This document shows, one piece after another, positions 40,590 through 50,336 of a stretch of 57,100 nt of DNA. A program made the translations under genes and the position numbers. Source of the DNA: Deltaproteobacteria bacterium (GTDB lineage Bacteria > Myxococcota_A > Polyangia > Polyangiales > Houyiibacteriaceae); contig JAXMNT010000048.1 of assembly GCA_034670305.1 (NCBI GenBank), positions 1 to 57,100 on the forward strand. The letters are read 5' to 3'. The stretch's first letter is position 1. Every line of letters begins with the position of its first letter. The notes under the pieces were generated by a model that worked only from the letters and a program-made list of their open reading frames with translations, did not search any database and had not been told where the DNA came from.

Positions 40590-42662
40590 TCAGTCGTCCT
40601 CGTCCATGCCCTGGTCTGTGACGTCGGCGGGGTCGATGCGGCCTTCTCGAAGCAGACGGCGGGCGCGATGCACCGCACCTGTCGTGCCGGCGACCACCAA
40701 CGTGTCGCCCATCTCGAGCCGCTCGGAGCCGGTCGGAACCACGACCTGGTGTTCGGAGTGGCGGATCGCGAGCACGTTGGCGCCGCTCTTGGCCCGAAGG
40801 TCGAGTTGCGCCAGCGTGGCACCGACCGCGTGGTCGCCGTCGTGCAGGTAGATGGTCGCGATGCGATCGAGGCCCGGGAGCAACGAGTCCGTCCCGGGAA
40901 TGGTGACGACCTCGTCCTCCTCGGGCGTGCCCGGGACCGAGAGCAGGTCGAGCACCGCGCCAGCGCCGGAGCGCACCTCGTGTTGCAAGCGGCCCGCAGC
41001 GCGCCACGCAAACACCACGATGAGCGCCAGCACCGCCAACACCGAGACGAAGATGTACGGGATGCCGCTCACCGGTCGGAGCACGGCGGCCATCGGAATG
41101 CCCACCCCCGCGATCACCAGCGTGGCGACGATCCCGCTGAGCCAGCGTCGTGCGCCGGGGACGGGTTCTTCTGCGAGCACGTGGCGCACCAACTCGCGCG
41201 AGAGCTTCTGCGCGTTGACCACCAACGCGACGAAGAAGGGCAAGACGCAGAGTCCGCCCGCCGCCAGGACCAACCACCCTCGACCCCGGGGCCGGACATC
41301 CATCGCGTCGCCGAGTGCTTCGCCGAGTTCGGTCCGCCACACCGCGACCACCACAGAGACCAACGCGATCGCGAGGCCGTCGACCGCGATCGCCAAGATA
41401 CTCGCGCGCAGCCGGGACGCGCTCCGGGTGCCGCGGGGTCGGCGCAGCTTCTCGAACCACATCTCGTAGAGCGAGAGCACCGTGTGGATGCGGCCAGGGA
41501 CCGCGTGGTGCACCGCCCGTACGATGCGGTCGCTCGCACCCAGCATCCAGGAGGTCGTGAGGGTCGAACACAACGCCACCGTCACCAGCACCGGTTGCAG
41601 TGGGGCCTCGACCACGTCGGCTTCGATGCCGATCGACGCGATGATGAACGCGAACTCGCCGGTTTGCCCGAGCGCGGTCCCGGCGATGATCGACCGGCGC
41701 AGTCCGTTGCCGGAGAGGATGCCACCGAGCGAGACGCTGACGAGTTGACCGGCAACCACGACCGCCAACACGATCGCGGAGGTGCCGGCATGCTGCGCGG
41801 CCACCTCCGGATCCACCGTCATGCCGATCGCGACGAAGAACACCGCAGCGAACACGTGTTTGAGGGAAGCGCTCGCCTCTTCGACCTCGTGGCCACGCCC
41901 CGACTCGGCCACGAGGATGCCGGCCACGAACGCACCGAGCGCGACTGAGTAACCGATCTCCACCGCGAGCAGCGCGCCGCCGAAACAGAGGCCCATCGTG
42001 GAGACCACCAGCGCCTCGGGGGAGTTCAGGGAATGAACGAAGCGCACCAGCTTCGGCACGACGAAGAGCCCCACGACCACTGCGAGCACCAACGTGCCGG
42101 CGAGTTTGCCGAGCGTCAGCGCGATGTCCTCCGGACCGACCTGGTGCCCTTCCGACACCGCCGTCATCACGGCGATGAGCGCGATCGCCACCACGTCTTG
42201 GAGGACGAGGACGCCGAAGACCATCTCTCGGACGTCGCCGGCGACGGGCCGCTGCTCGAAGACCTTCGTGACGACCATCGTCGATGAGATCGCGATGCTC
42301 GCACCGAGGAAGAGCGCGTCGGTGGTGTTCCATCCGAGCCACTGCGCCGTCGTGACCCCGGCCCAGAGCAAGCTGCCCATTTGGATCAAGCCGGTGAAGC
42401 CGGAGACCGGCAACAGACGCGCAAGTTTGGCGATGCGAAACTCGAGACCCACCGCGAACATGACGAGCACGACGCCGAACTCGGAGAGCGCGTGCACCCG
42501 CTCCGGATCGGCGAAGAGCGGCACCGGCACATGAGGCCCGACGATCAGCCCCGCGAAGAGGTAGCCGACCACGCTCGGCTGCTTGAGCAGACGAAAGAGG
42601 ATCCCGGTGACGGCCGCCACCCCCAGCACGATGGCCAGGTCGTGAACGAAGCTACCGTGCAC
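40590..42662 (-). CDS. CPA2 cation:proton antiporter with RCK_C (TrkA-C) domain
   Basis: VVGYLFAGLIVGP, EFGVVLVMFAVGLE, ISST, LQD, ALGAFVAG, GEFAF; C-terminal LDLRAKSGANVLAI. Confidence 0.9.
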   Translation of the reverse strand: MHGSFVHDLAIVLGVAAVTGILFRLLKQPSVVGYLFAGLIVGPHVPVPLFADPERVHALSEFGVVLVMFAVGLEFRIAKLARLLPVSGFTGLIQMGSLLWAGVTTAQWLGWNTTDALFLGASIAISSTMVVTKVFEQRPVAGDVREMVFGVLVLQDVVAIALIAVMTAVSEGHQVGPEDIALTLGKLAGTLVLAVVVGLFVVPKLVRFVHSLNSPEALVVSTMGLCFGGALLAVEIGYSVALGAFVAGILVAESGRGHEVEEASASLKHVFAAVFFVAIGMTVDPEVAAQHAGTSAIVLAVVVAGQLVSVSLGGILSGNGLRRSIIAGTALGQTGEFAFIIASIGIEADVVEAPLQPVLVTVALCSTLTTSWMLGASDRIVRAVHHAVPGRIHTVLSLYEMWFEKLRRPRGTRSASRLRASILAIAVDGLAIALVSVVVAVWRTELGEALGDAMDVRPRGRGWLVLAAGGLCVLPFFVALVVNAQKLSRELVRHVLAEEPVPGARRWLSGIVATLVIAGVGIPMAAVLRPVSGIPYIFVSVLAVLALIVVFAWRAAGRLQHEVRSGAGAVLDLLSVPGTPEEDEVVTIPGTDSLLPGLDRIATIYLHDGDHAVGATLAQLDLRAKSGANVLAIRHSEHQVVVPTGSERLEMGDTLVVAGTTGAVHRARRLLREGRIDPADVTDQGMDEDD

Positions 42663-42749
42663 GTCAGCTCATCCGAGGATCTGGGTTGGGGGACACGCAG
42701 CCATGTACGGCCAAACGAACGTTCGGCAAGGTCGGCTTCTGTAGGAAGG

Positions 42750-43973
42750 TCAGTCTTCTTCGCCCACGCGCTTGGCGTCGGACGGAACCGGCGGTGGACG
42801 CCGGGCGCGCGTCTGGGTGTGCGGCGCTTCGAGCGCCCCCGCGTCGCCTTCGAGCGGCGTTGCGAGCAAGTCGTCGATCTCGAGCTCGTCTTCGGTCTCG
42901 CCGAGCGGCGCAAGGAAGTCGTCCAGATCCCGGAGCACTTCTTCTCTCTCGCGCGCCGTGAGCGCCCCCTCTTCCGCATCGAGATCCGGGAGCGGTGGCA
43001 CCGACTCGTGGTCGAGGCGATCGGGGTAGGGAGCGATCGGCAGCCCCACGTCGCCAGAACGCGGAAAGTAGGACTCGGCGTACTGGCTGAGCACCTCGTG
43101 GCGGATCGGCAGTTTGGCGCGCGCGGCGAGGTTGCGCATCGCGAGTCCCATCTCGCGCATGGATGGATGGCGCAAGCCCGGGTCGCGGCGGAGCGCCCGC
43201 AAGACCAGCTCCTCGAGGGGTTTGGGGTACCCCGGGCGGAGTTGACTCGGCGGCACCGGGTCTTGGGTGCGCACCGACTCCATCACCGCCATGTCGTCGC
43301 CCTCGAACACCCGATGGCCGGTCGTCATCTCGTACAGCAGGGTCCCAACCACGTATTGATCGGAGCGGTGGTCGAGCGCGGCGCCCTCGATGCACTCCGG
43401 CGACACGTAGCCGACCGTCCCGCGCATGCCGCGGACGTGTTCGCGCTGGGTCTTCCGGTGTTCGCCACTTCCAGCGATGCCGAAGTCGACCAGCCGCAGC
43501 TGGCCGTTGCGCCCAAGGATCAGATTCTCCGGACTCAGGTCGCCATGAATGAGCTCCAGCGAACAGCCGTTCCCGTCGGTCTGTCGATGCACCTCGGAGA
43601 GCACTTCGCAGAGCTGGACGATGGCGTTGAAGGCGACCGGCCACGGAGTCACGCGGCCCGCGGCCTGTTCGGCCCGGCGGCACGCGCCCAGCGTCGGACC
43701 CGCGATGTGTTCCATCACGAGGATCCAAACGCCTTCCACGAACCGAAAGTCGAACACCTTGGGGATCGCCGGGTGGTCGAGCGACGCGAGCAACATCGCT
43801 TCGTTCTGGAAGTCGAGCACCGTGGCGGGGATCTCCGCCAGGTGGCTGTGCATGCGTTTGATGAGCGCCGGGCGCTGGAAATGCCCATCGCCCCATTGCC
43901 GCGCCAGAAAGACGTCCGCCATGCCGCCGGTCGCAATCTTGTGCACCAGCTCGTACCGCCCCAGCACCACCAT
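42750..43973 (-). CDS. Ser/Thr kinase (non-RD) with acidic C-terminal tail
   Basis: IATGGMADVF, LIKR, HGDLSPEN, DFG, GTVGYVSPE. Confidence 0.88.
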   Translation of the reverse strand: MVVLGRYELVHKIATGGMADVFLARQWGDGHFQRPALIKRMHSHLAEIPATVLDFQNEAMLLASLDHPAIPKVFDFRFVEGVWILVMEHIAGPTLGACRRAEQAAGRVTPWPVAFNAIVQLCEVLSEVHRQTDGNGCSLELIHGDLSPENLILGRNGQLRLVDFGIAGSGEHRKTQREHVRGMRGTVGYVSPECIEGAALDHRSDQYVVGTLLYEMTTGHRVFEGDDMAVMESVRTQDPVPPSQLRPGYPKPLEELVLRALRRDPGLRHPSMREMGLAMRNLAARAKLPIRHEVLSQYAESYFPRSGDVGLPIAPYPDRLDHESVPPLPDLDAEEGALTAREREEVLRDLDDFLAPLGETEDELEIDDLLATPLEGDAGALEAPHTQTRARRPPPVPSDAKRVGEED

Positions 43974-44027
43974 CGACGGGACTATAGCAGCAACCCGGGG
44001 AGGGGCTTGGTGAGCTTGGTCAGTCTC

Positions 44028-44519
44028 TCAGTCTTCTGGGGGGAGCTGAGTCAGGGCCCGAACCACGTCCGGCGGCGCCTGGACCAGTTCGATCAGCACC
44101 CCTTCGCCCCCCAGTGGCGACGCTTCGCCACCCCGGGGATGAATGAAGCAGACATCGTGACCGCTCGCGCCCGGACGGATGCCACCGGGCGTGAACCGGA
44201 CGCCCTGCGCCGAGAGCCAGGTCACCGCCGCGGCGAGGTCGTCGACCCAGAGGCCCACGTGGTTGAGCGCGGGCTGGTGCACCCGCGGTTTGGCGTCGGC
44301 GTCGATGGGCTGCATCAAATCGACCTCGACCGCGAACGGGCCATGTCCGAATTCGGTGACCTCTTCGTCGACGTTCTCCCGCTCGCTGCGGAATGTTTTC
44401 ACGCTGCGCGCGCCGAGCAGTTCCACCCACAGGCGATGCAGCGCGGTTCGATCCTCCCCCCCGACGGCGACCTGTTGCAACCCGAGCACTCGAAACGGAC
44501 GTTCCATGGACGGGCTCAT
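44028..44519 (-). CDS. VOC family protein (glyoxalase/methylmalonyl-CoA epimerase-like)
   Basis: [43 protein letters not shown]. Confidence 0.8.
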   Translation of the reverse strand: MSPSMERPFRVLGLQQVAVGGEDRTALHRLWVELLGARSVKTFRSERENVDEEVTEFGHGPFAVEVDLMQPIDADAKPRVHQPALNHVGLWVDDLAAAVTWLSAQGVRFTPGGIRPGASGHDVCFIHPRGGEASPLGGEGVLIELVQAPPDVVRALTQLPPED

Positions 44520-44550
44520 AGCCCAGGATCGGTCGATCGGCAGGCGCGGT

Positions 44551-45054
44551 TCAGCGAATGGAGCCGGTGTAGCCCTCGAGGATCAGCGCGAGCTCGAGGT
44601 CCAGGATCTCGTCGAGCGCCGCGATCGCCTGCTGTTGCTCGTGGTCGCTCCATCCCGCGCGCACGGTCGCGTGCCGCAGCAGCCCTTCGACCCGCACCCG
44701 CAACGCCGACGTCGCAGACACCAGTTCGCCGAGACGCAACTTCGCATGGAACAGATGTTTGCCGAGCGCGGTGCGTCCCGCGATCCACTCCGCGTCGTAG
44801 CGGCCCGAGAAGATGCCCTCGACCCACACCTGCAGCCGCTGTCGGGCATCTTCGCCGGACGCGCCGTTCAACAGAGGCGCCATCGGAGGATGGTTGAGCA
44901 ACACTTCGAGCAGCTCCGCGGTCATGGCGCCGAACCCCGGCTCGACGAGCGGACGGACCTTCGAGAGCAACGCTTCGTCGGCGGGACCAAACCCGATGAC
45001 GGCCGCCAGCTCCCGGAATCGCTCTTGGTTCTGCAAGGCCGCCCAATAGACCAC
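44551..45054 (-). CDS. Stand-alone protoglobin-like domain protein
   Basis: [30 protein letters not shown]. Confidence 0.7.
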   Translation of the reverse strand: MVYWAALQNQERFRELAAVIGFGPADEALLSKVRPLVEPGFGAMTAELLEVLLNHPPMAPLLNGASGEDARQRLQVWVEGIFSGRYDAEWIAGRTALGKHLFHAKLRLGELVSATSALRVRVEGLLRHATVRAGWSDHEQQQAIAALDEILDLELALILEGYTGSIR

Positions 45055-45166
45055 ATCTGACCCATCCCGTCAGCCGCCATGATCGAAGGCTCGGATGGGC
45101 GTGCGCAGCCTTGCGCGTGGACACCGGAGCCATCGACGGCGGCGTTAGTCGGTCTATGATGACGCG

Positions 45167-45613
45167 GTGAACCTCCCGCCCAAACTCGTCGTCGTCGCCA
45201 CCGACCTCTCCAAGGCCAGCCAAGCCGCACTCCAAGCGGCGGCCTTCTACGCCGAGAACCACGGCTCTGCGCTCCACCTCGTGCATGTGTTCGATCCCAG
45301 CCCTTTTCGGGCCCCGTCGGGTCTGGCGGCGCCGAACGACCTGATCGATCAGGCGGCCGAGGAGATGCGCGGCGCCACCGAGAGCAACCTCGCCGCACTC
45401 GCAAAGGAGGCGTTGCCGGGGCACGTGTTGGAGGTCGTCGGACTGCGGCATGTCTCCGCGGGAGAAGCGATCTCCGACTACGCCACCAAGGTGTCCGCGG
45501 ACCTCGTCATCGTCGGCAGCCACGGACGCACCGGACTTCGACGCATCCTTCTCGGCAGCGTCGCCGAACGCGTCGTGCGCTTGTCGCCGTGCGCCGTGCT
45601 GGTCATCCGGTAG
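45167..45613 (+). CDS. Universal stress protein
   Basis: VVATDLS..S, LHLVHV, DLVIVGSHGRTGL.RILLGSVAERVVR...CAVLVI. Confidence 0.92.
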   Translation: MNLPPKLVVVATDLSKASQAALQAAAFYAENHGSALHLVHVFDPSPFRAPSGLAAPNDLIDQAAEEMRGATESNLAALAKEALPGHVLEVVGLRHVSAGEAISDYATKVSADLVIVGSHGRTGLRRILLGSVAERVVRLSPCAVLVIR

Positions 45614-45632
45614 CGACACCGCGTCCGCGCTG

Positions 45633-45669
45633 AGTGAACGTTCACTTGGGTGTTGAGTGAACATTCACT
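45633..45669. promoter_or_regulatory. Paired 14-bp palindromes (candidate enhancer/operator)
   Basis: AGTGAACGTTCACT (45633-45646) and AGTGAACATTCACT (45656-45669). Confidence 0.75.
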
Positions 45670-45730
45670 TCAGTGAGAGAAGTCCGCTCCGCTGCGCTTG
45701 CTCACCAACGCGACGCGTCACTGCTGGATC

Positions 45731-45746
45731 TGGTACGCGATCTGCT
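45731..45746 (+). promoter_or_regulatory. Putative sigma54 promoter
   Basis: TGGTACGCGATCTGCT: GG-N10-GC. Confidence 0.7.
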
Positions 45747-45792
45747 TTGTCTCCCACCGACTCCGGTTTCGATCGGGGGGGAGTGAACGACA

Positions 45793-45996
45793 ATGCAGTA
45801 CGCAATCATGGGCATCGACGATGCCGAACAGAACATCTTCGACGGTCTCCTCGCGCTCAGTGAGATCCAGCTTCCGGCCGAATGGGCCGACGATGCTGGG
45901 GAAGAAGACCTTCTCGCAGGCGGCTACACCGCGCGCGACGTCATGAACGGACCCATCGACATCGAAGTCGAGTGTTGGGGCCGGCGACTCGCCTGA
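45793..45996 (+). CDS. Small acidic hypothetical protein (67 aa)
   Basis: GGGAG RBS, GC3-rich codons, upstream sigma54 motif, downstream hairpin 46011-46058. Confidence 0.65.
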   Translation: MQYAIMGIDDAEQNIFDGLLALSEIQLPAEWADDAGEEDLLAGGYTARDVMNGPIDIEVECWGRRLA

Positions 45997-46152
45997 GCGC
46001 TGCGCCGGCGTGACGGGGTGGCCAGGCGCGTAGCCACGTACGCTGCCAACCCGTCACGATCTTGCCTGGAACGAGGCTCCCAGATGCCGCACCGCGTCGA
46101 ATGACGCAGTGCGGTTCTTTCGTTTGAAAGACTGAATGAGCCCTCAATGCGT

Positions 46153-46190
46153 GACGGGCCGCCAGTCTCGCGAAGTGAGCCAGGCCCGTC
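46153..46190 (-). repeat. REP-like dispersed repeat, copy E
   Basis: GACGGGCC...GGCCCGTC hairpin enclosing the reverse-complement core; between convergent genes. Confidence 0.8.
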
Positions 46191-46192
46191 GG

Positions 46193-47188
46193 CTACAAGG
46201 ATGGGTTGTCGATCTTGGACTCTTCGTTGCGGTCGGTGGCGGACGGCAGCGGAGGCGCGAGCGCGGTGATCTCGTCGCGCAACGCGACCGGCATCTCGAA
46301 GTCGGCGGCCGCCAGCGACGCCTCCAGCTGCGCGACGTTGCGCGCCCCGATGAGCGGCGCGGTGACGTCCGGATGCGACGCGACCCACGCCACCGCGAGG
46401 GTCGCCGGATGCACACCCTCCCGCGCCGCGATCGCCGCGACTCCGTCCGCCAGCGGTCCCAAGTGATCGGCGCCGTAGCGGATCCGATAGGCGGCGCTCG
46501 AGACCAGACGTCCCTCCTCCGGCGCGCGGCCCGCGCCGTACTTGCCGGTGAACAGACCGCCTCCGAGCGGCGAGTACGGAATGACCGCCAGCTCGGCCGC
46601 ACGCGCGTGCGGCAAGATCTCGACCTCCGCCTGACGTTTGGCGAGGTTGTACATCGGCTGGGTCGCGACGATCGGCGCCCACCCGCTGCGCGCAGACACC
46701 CCGAGCGCAGTGGCGGTCTGCCAGGCGGTGAAGTTGCTCACCGCGGGGTACAAGATCTTGCCTGCACGAACGAGGTCTTCGAGCGCCCGCAAGGTCTCGT
46801 CGATCGCCGTCGCCTCGTCCCACCGGTGCAGGAAGAACACATCGATGCGGTCGGTCTGCAGGCGGGTGAGGCTGTCCTCCACCGCACGCACGAGGTGGTA
46901 GCGCGAGCTGCCCCGATCGGTCGGCGCATCGCCCATCGGAAAGTACGCCTTGGTCGCGAGCACGATCTCATCGCGGCACCCACGGGTGGCGACGAGGGCA
47001 CCGAGGATGCGCTCGGACGCGCCTGCGCCGTACATGTTGGCGGTGTCGAAGAAGTTGATGCCCGCGGCGCGCGCACGATCGAAGAGCGCCGCGCTCTCGG
47101 CTTCGTCCGCGGCGGCTCCGAAGCTCATCGTGCCGAAGCCGAGCGCAGAGATCCGCACCCCGGTTCGGCCCAAAAGCACCGTCTTCAT
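46193..47188 (-). CDS. Aldo/keto reductase
   Basis: LGRTG.RIS.LGFGTM, FFDTANMYG, LATK, LQTDRID, VSNF, YSPLGGG. Confidence 0.93.
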   Translation of the reverse strand: MKTVLLGRTGVRISALGFGTMSFGAAADEAESAALFDRARAAGINFFDTANMYGAGASERILGALVATRGCRDEIVLATKAYFPMGDAPTDRGSSRYHLVRAVEDSLTRLQTDRIDVFFLHRWDEATAIDETLRALEDLVRAGKILYPAVSNFTAWQTATALGVSARSGWAPIVATQPMYNLAKRQAEVEILPHARAAELAVIPYSPLGGGLFTGKYGAGRAPEEGRLVSSAAYRIRYGADHLGPLADGVAAIAAREGVHPATLAVAWVASHPDVTAPLIGARNVAQLEASLAAADFEMPVALRDEITALAPPLPSATDRNEESKIDNPSL

Positions 47189-47195
47189 CGAACGC

Positions 47196-47426
47196 TCAAC
47201 GCGGGCTCCGGGATCGCGCGCGGCGCACCCCGAGCCAGCCCACGAGCAACGCACCCGCGAGCAGCGGGGCGCTCGGCGCGTCGTCGGCGTGCATCGCCAC
47301 CGAACAACCGAACTTGCAGCTGCCGCCATGCGCACCTTCCCAGTGTTCCCAGGGCGCGCACTCCTCTCCGGGCACCACATCCGCAGTGCCGAGCAAACCC
47401 ATCCACAGTGCCAGGATCACCATCAC
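47196..47426 (-). CDS. Small secreted protein with MYXO-CTERM-like tail
   Basis: Signal-like N-terminus; GCSV...LLAGALLVGWLGVRR C-terminus; start overlaps kinase stop. Confidence 0.6.
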   Translation of the reverse strand: MMVILALWMGLLGTADVVPGEECAPWEHWEGAHGGSCKFGCSVAMHADDAPSAPLLAGALLVGWLGVRRARSRSPR

Positions 47427-48283
47427 CACCCCTCCTTCACCGCAGCGTTCATCGCCGCATCACACGCACGTTTCATCTCCATACACGACTGGAATCGTTC
47501 GTCCGGATCGCGGGCGAGCGCGCGCACGACGAGCGCGTCCAGGTAGGGCGGGATCTTCGGACGGATCTTGCTCGGCGCTTCGGGTTTGCGCTTGAGCACC
47601 GCGGTCAGGGTCTGTTCGACCCGCTTGCGCACCTTGATGTACGGAAGTCCGGTCAGCGCCTCCCACAAGGTGCAGCCAACGCCGTAGACATCGCAGCGGG
47701 GGTCGATCGGTTTTCCGAGCAGCTGCTCCGGCGCCATGTAGCTCGGGGTGCCGATCACTTTGCCGGGGGCGGTGATCGGCTGCTCTTCGAGCGAGCGGCT
47801 CATGCCGAAGTCGATGAGCTTCACCGTCACGCCAAGCGCGCGCAGCAGAAAGACGTTCGCTGGCTTCATGTCCCGATGCACGATCTGCGCTTCGTGAACC
47901 GCGGCAGCGGCGGAGCAGAGCTGGCTCGCCATGGAACTGGCGTCCGCCATGTTGAGCGGACCGACGTCCTGGATGCGCTGATGCAGCGTCGCTCCGTCGA
48001 GCAACTCCATCACGAGAAACGGGCGGGCGTCCTCGTAGAACCCCGCGTCGTAGATCTTGACGACGTGCGGGTGACCGACCGTCGCGGCCAGCCGAGCCTC
48101 GCGCAGAAAACGCTCCCGCTTGCTGCCCTGGTCGAGCGCCTGGGGAAGCAGTTTCACGGCGACCGGCCGCCCGATCTCGACGTCGGTCGAACGGAACACG
48201 ACGCCGACGCCGCCGCGGGCGAGAAGCGCGTCGAGCCGGAAGCGGCCACCCAGAACGGTGCCAATGGGAGGCAGGTCGTGCAT
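47423..48283 (-). CDS. Ser/Thr protein kinase (kinase domain only)
   Basis: ARGGVG, VAVK, HRDMKPAN, DFG, GTPSYMAPE. Confidence 0.9.
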   Translation of the reverse strand: MHDLPPIGTVLGGRFRLDALLARGGVGVVFRSTDVEIGRPVAVKLLPQALDQGSKRERFLREARLAATVGHPHVVKIYDAGFYEDARPFLVMELLDGATLHQRIQDVGPLNMADASSMASQLCSAAAAVHEAQIVHRDMKPANVFLLRALGVTVKLIDFGMSRSLEEQPITAPGKVIGTPSYMAPEQLLGKPIDPRCDVYGVGCTLWEALTGLPYIKVRKRVEQTLTAVLKRKPEAPSKIRPKIPPYLDALVVRALARDPDERFQSCMEMKRACDAAMNAAVKEGW

Positions 48284-48415
48284 CCGCTGGGGATGCTACC
48301 AAACACCGATCTCGGAAAGGGGGTGTTGCACCACGTGCAAGCCCGCCTCGAAGGGGCCCTCGATGGGTCGGGTAGCCCGGCACCCGCACATGGGTTGGTG
48401 TACGCTCCCCCCCAC

Positions 48416-50323
48416 ATGGAACCAGGGACCGTCGTCGGTGAGCGCTATCAACTCCAACGCAAGATCGCGGAGGGAGGGATGGGTGCGGTGTTCGAAGCGC
48501 AGCATCTGATGACGAAGAAGGTCGTCGCGCTCAAGGTGCTCTTTCCCCACATCGGCAAGGACGAGGCCTCCAAGGCCCGGTTCTTCCGCGAGGTCAGCGC
48601 GCCAGCCGAGATCGGTCATCCCGGCATCGTCGATTGCCGCGACAGCGGCGTGGATCCCGACGGTTCGCTCTGGGTCGCGATGGAGCTGCTCAAAGGGGAG
48701 ACCATGGGCGAGTGGCTCGAGCGCGGTGGGCACTCCCGCGACGACATCCTCGATCTCTTCGATCGCATGCTCGATCCGCTCTCGGCCGCCCACCAGCGCG
48801 GCATCGTTCACCGCGACCTGAAGCCGGACAACGTGTACCTGCACGTGCGGCCGGACGGGAACGCGATGGTGAAGATCCTCGACTTCGGCATCGCGCGCGA
48901 TCTCGACACGAGCGACAAGAACGTCACCAAGACCGGCATCGCGATGGGCACGCCGCACTACATGGCGCCCGAACAGGCGATGAGCGCCAAAGGCGTCACC
49001 GCGGCCGCCGACATCTGGGCGCTCGGTGCGATGCTCTTCGAAGCGTTGACCGGGTTGCCGCCGTTCGATGGCGAGACCGCCAGCGCGATCGTCGTGCACG
49101 CGTGCACCCAGCCGCACCCGTCGATCCAGACCGCCGTGCCCGATCTGGCCCCCGCGCTCGCGGACTTGGTGGACCGCTGTCTCTCGAAGGACCCGAGCGT
49201 GAGGCCGCAGACCGCCGGCCAGATGCGGCAGGCGCTCGCCGACGCGCGGCCTGGCCGGGGCCCGGTGGCCACCGTCATGAACGCCGAGATGAGCACGCCC
49301 ACCCGGCGCGACGGCTCCAGCGCGCAGCCTTCGATCTCGACCGCGAACTTCGGCCCGTCCACGGCCGGCCCGGCCGACGGCGGATTCGGTGCGCCGCCCC
49401 CGACCATGGGCGGTGCCCCTCCGGCCGGTGGTCTGCCCCCGACCATGGGCGGTCCGGCCCCGACCGGCGGCATGGGTGCGCCTCCGACCATGGGCGGTCC
49501 GCCCCCGACGATGGGCACCGCACCGATGGGCGGCGGCGGTTTCGGCAGCCCAACCGCCGCACCGGTGGGCGGCGGCTACGGCGGACCGACCGCGGTCGGT
49601 GGCCAGGCGTCTTCGGGCGGCAGCAAGACCGGTCTGATCATCGGCGCCGTGGCGGCCGGTGTGCTGCTGCTCGGCGGTGGTGTGGCGGCCGTGGTGATGA
49701 TGGGCGGAGAAGACGCGGTCGAGCCCATCGTGGCCACCGGCGGCAACTTCTCGGTGGTGGTGCTCACTCCGGACGGCGGCGGCGAGTTGCTGGTGGACGG
49801 AGTCTCGCGTGGTCCGATCGCCAGCGGTGGCACCACCTCCGTCACGATGGGTCCGCACACCTTCGCGCTGCGCCGAGGCGGCCAGCTCACCGCGAGCCAG
49901 CAGCTCTCGATCAACGGTCCCAACACCGTGAACCTGATGGGCGGGGCTGTGGCGCCGGTGCCGACGCCGGTGCCCACACCGGTGCCGACCCCCGTGCCCA
50001 GCGGTCCGGTGGATTCGCGGACCGGTGCCCTGGCGGCGGGCGACTCGCAGCTCAACAGCGGCGAGTACCAGGACCAGTACACCTTCCAGTGGACCCAGGG
50101 CACCCGCATGGCGGTGGACGCGGTGGGCGCAGGCGGACTCGACACCTACCTCATCGTCAAACCGCCGGCCGGCAACCAGCTCGACAACGACGACCGCGCA
50201 CCAGGCAACACCGACGCAGGACTCGACGTGGACGTGACCCAGACCGGCGCGTGGACCGTGATCGTCACGAGCTACCGACCGGGCGAGACGGGCAACTACA
50301 CGTTGAACGTGCGCCCGCTCTGA
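48416..50323 (+). CDS. Transmembrane Ser/Thr kinase with PEGA-like and PPC-like extracytoplasmic domains
   Basis: IAEGGMG, HRDLKPDN, GTPHYMAPE; Pro/Gly linker; TM; DTYLIV..NDD..VTSY.PGETGNY.L. Confidence 0.9.
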   Translation: MEPGTVVGERYQLQRKIAEGGMGAVFEAQHLMTKKVVALKVLFPHIGKDEASKARFFREVSAPAEIGHPGIVDCRDSGVDPDGSLWVAMELLKGETMGEWLERGGHSRDDILDLFDRMLDPLSAAHQRGIVHRDLKPDNVYLHVRPDGNAMVKILDFGIARDLDTSDKNVTKTGIAMGTPHYMAPEQAMSAKGVTAAADIWALGAMLFEALTGLPPFDGETASAIVVHACTQPHPSIQTAVPDLAPALADLVDRCLSKDPSVRPQTAGQMRQALADARPGRGPVATVMNAEMSTPTRRDGSSAQPSISTANFGPSTAGPADGGFGAPPPTMGGAPPAGGLPPTMGGPAPTGGMGAPPTMGGPPPTMGTAPMGGGGFGSPTAAPVGGGYGGPTAVGGQASSGGSKTGLIIGAVAAGVLLLGGGVAAVVMMGGEDAVEPIVATGGNFSVVVLTPDGGGELLVDGVSRGPIASGGTTSVTMGPHTFALRRGGQLTASQQLSINGPNTVNLMGGAVAPVPTPVPTPVPTPVPSGPVDSRTGALAAGDSQLNSGEYQDQYTFQWTQGTRMAVDAVGAGGLDTYLIVKPPAGNQLDNDDRAPGNTDAGLDVDVTQTGAWTVIVTSYRPGETGNYTLNVRPL

Positions 50324-50336
50324 CGGAGTCGGTCCG

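Noticed and set aside
46136-48415. N-terminal extension of the 1395-aa ORF and other long overlapping ORFs (e.g. 1338-4388, 52198-56181)
   Set aside because: Antisense shadow frames typical of high-GC DNA; the opposite strand carries recognisable genes
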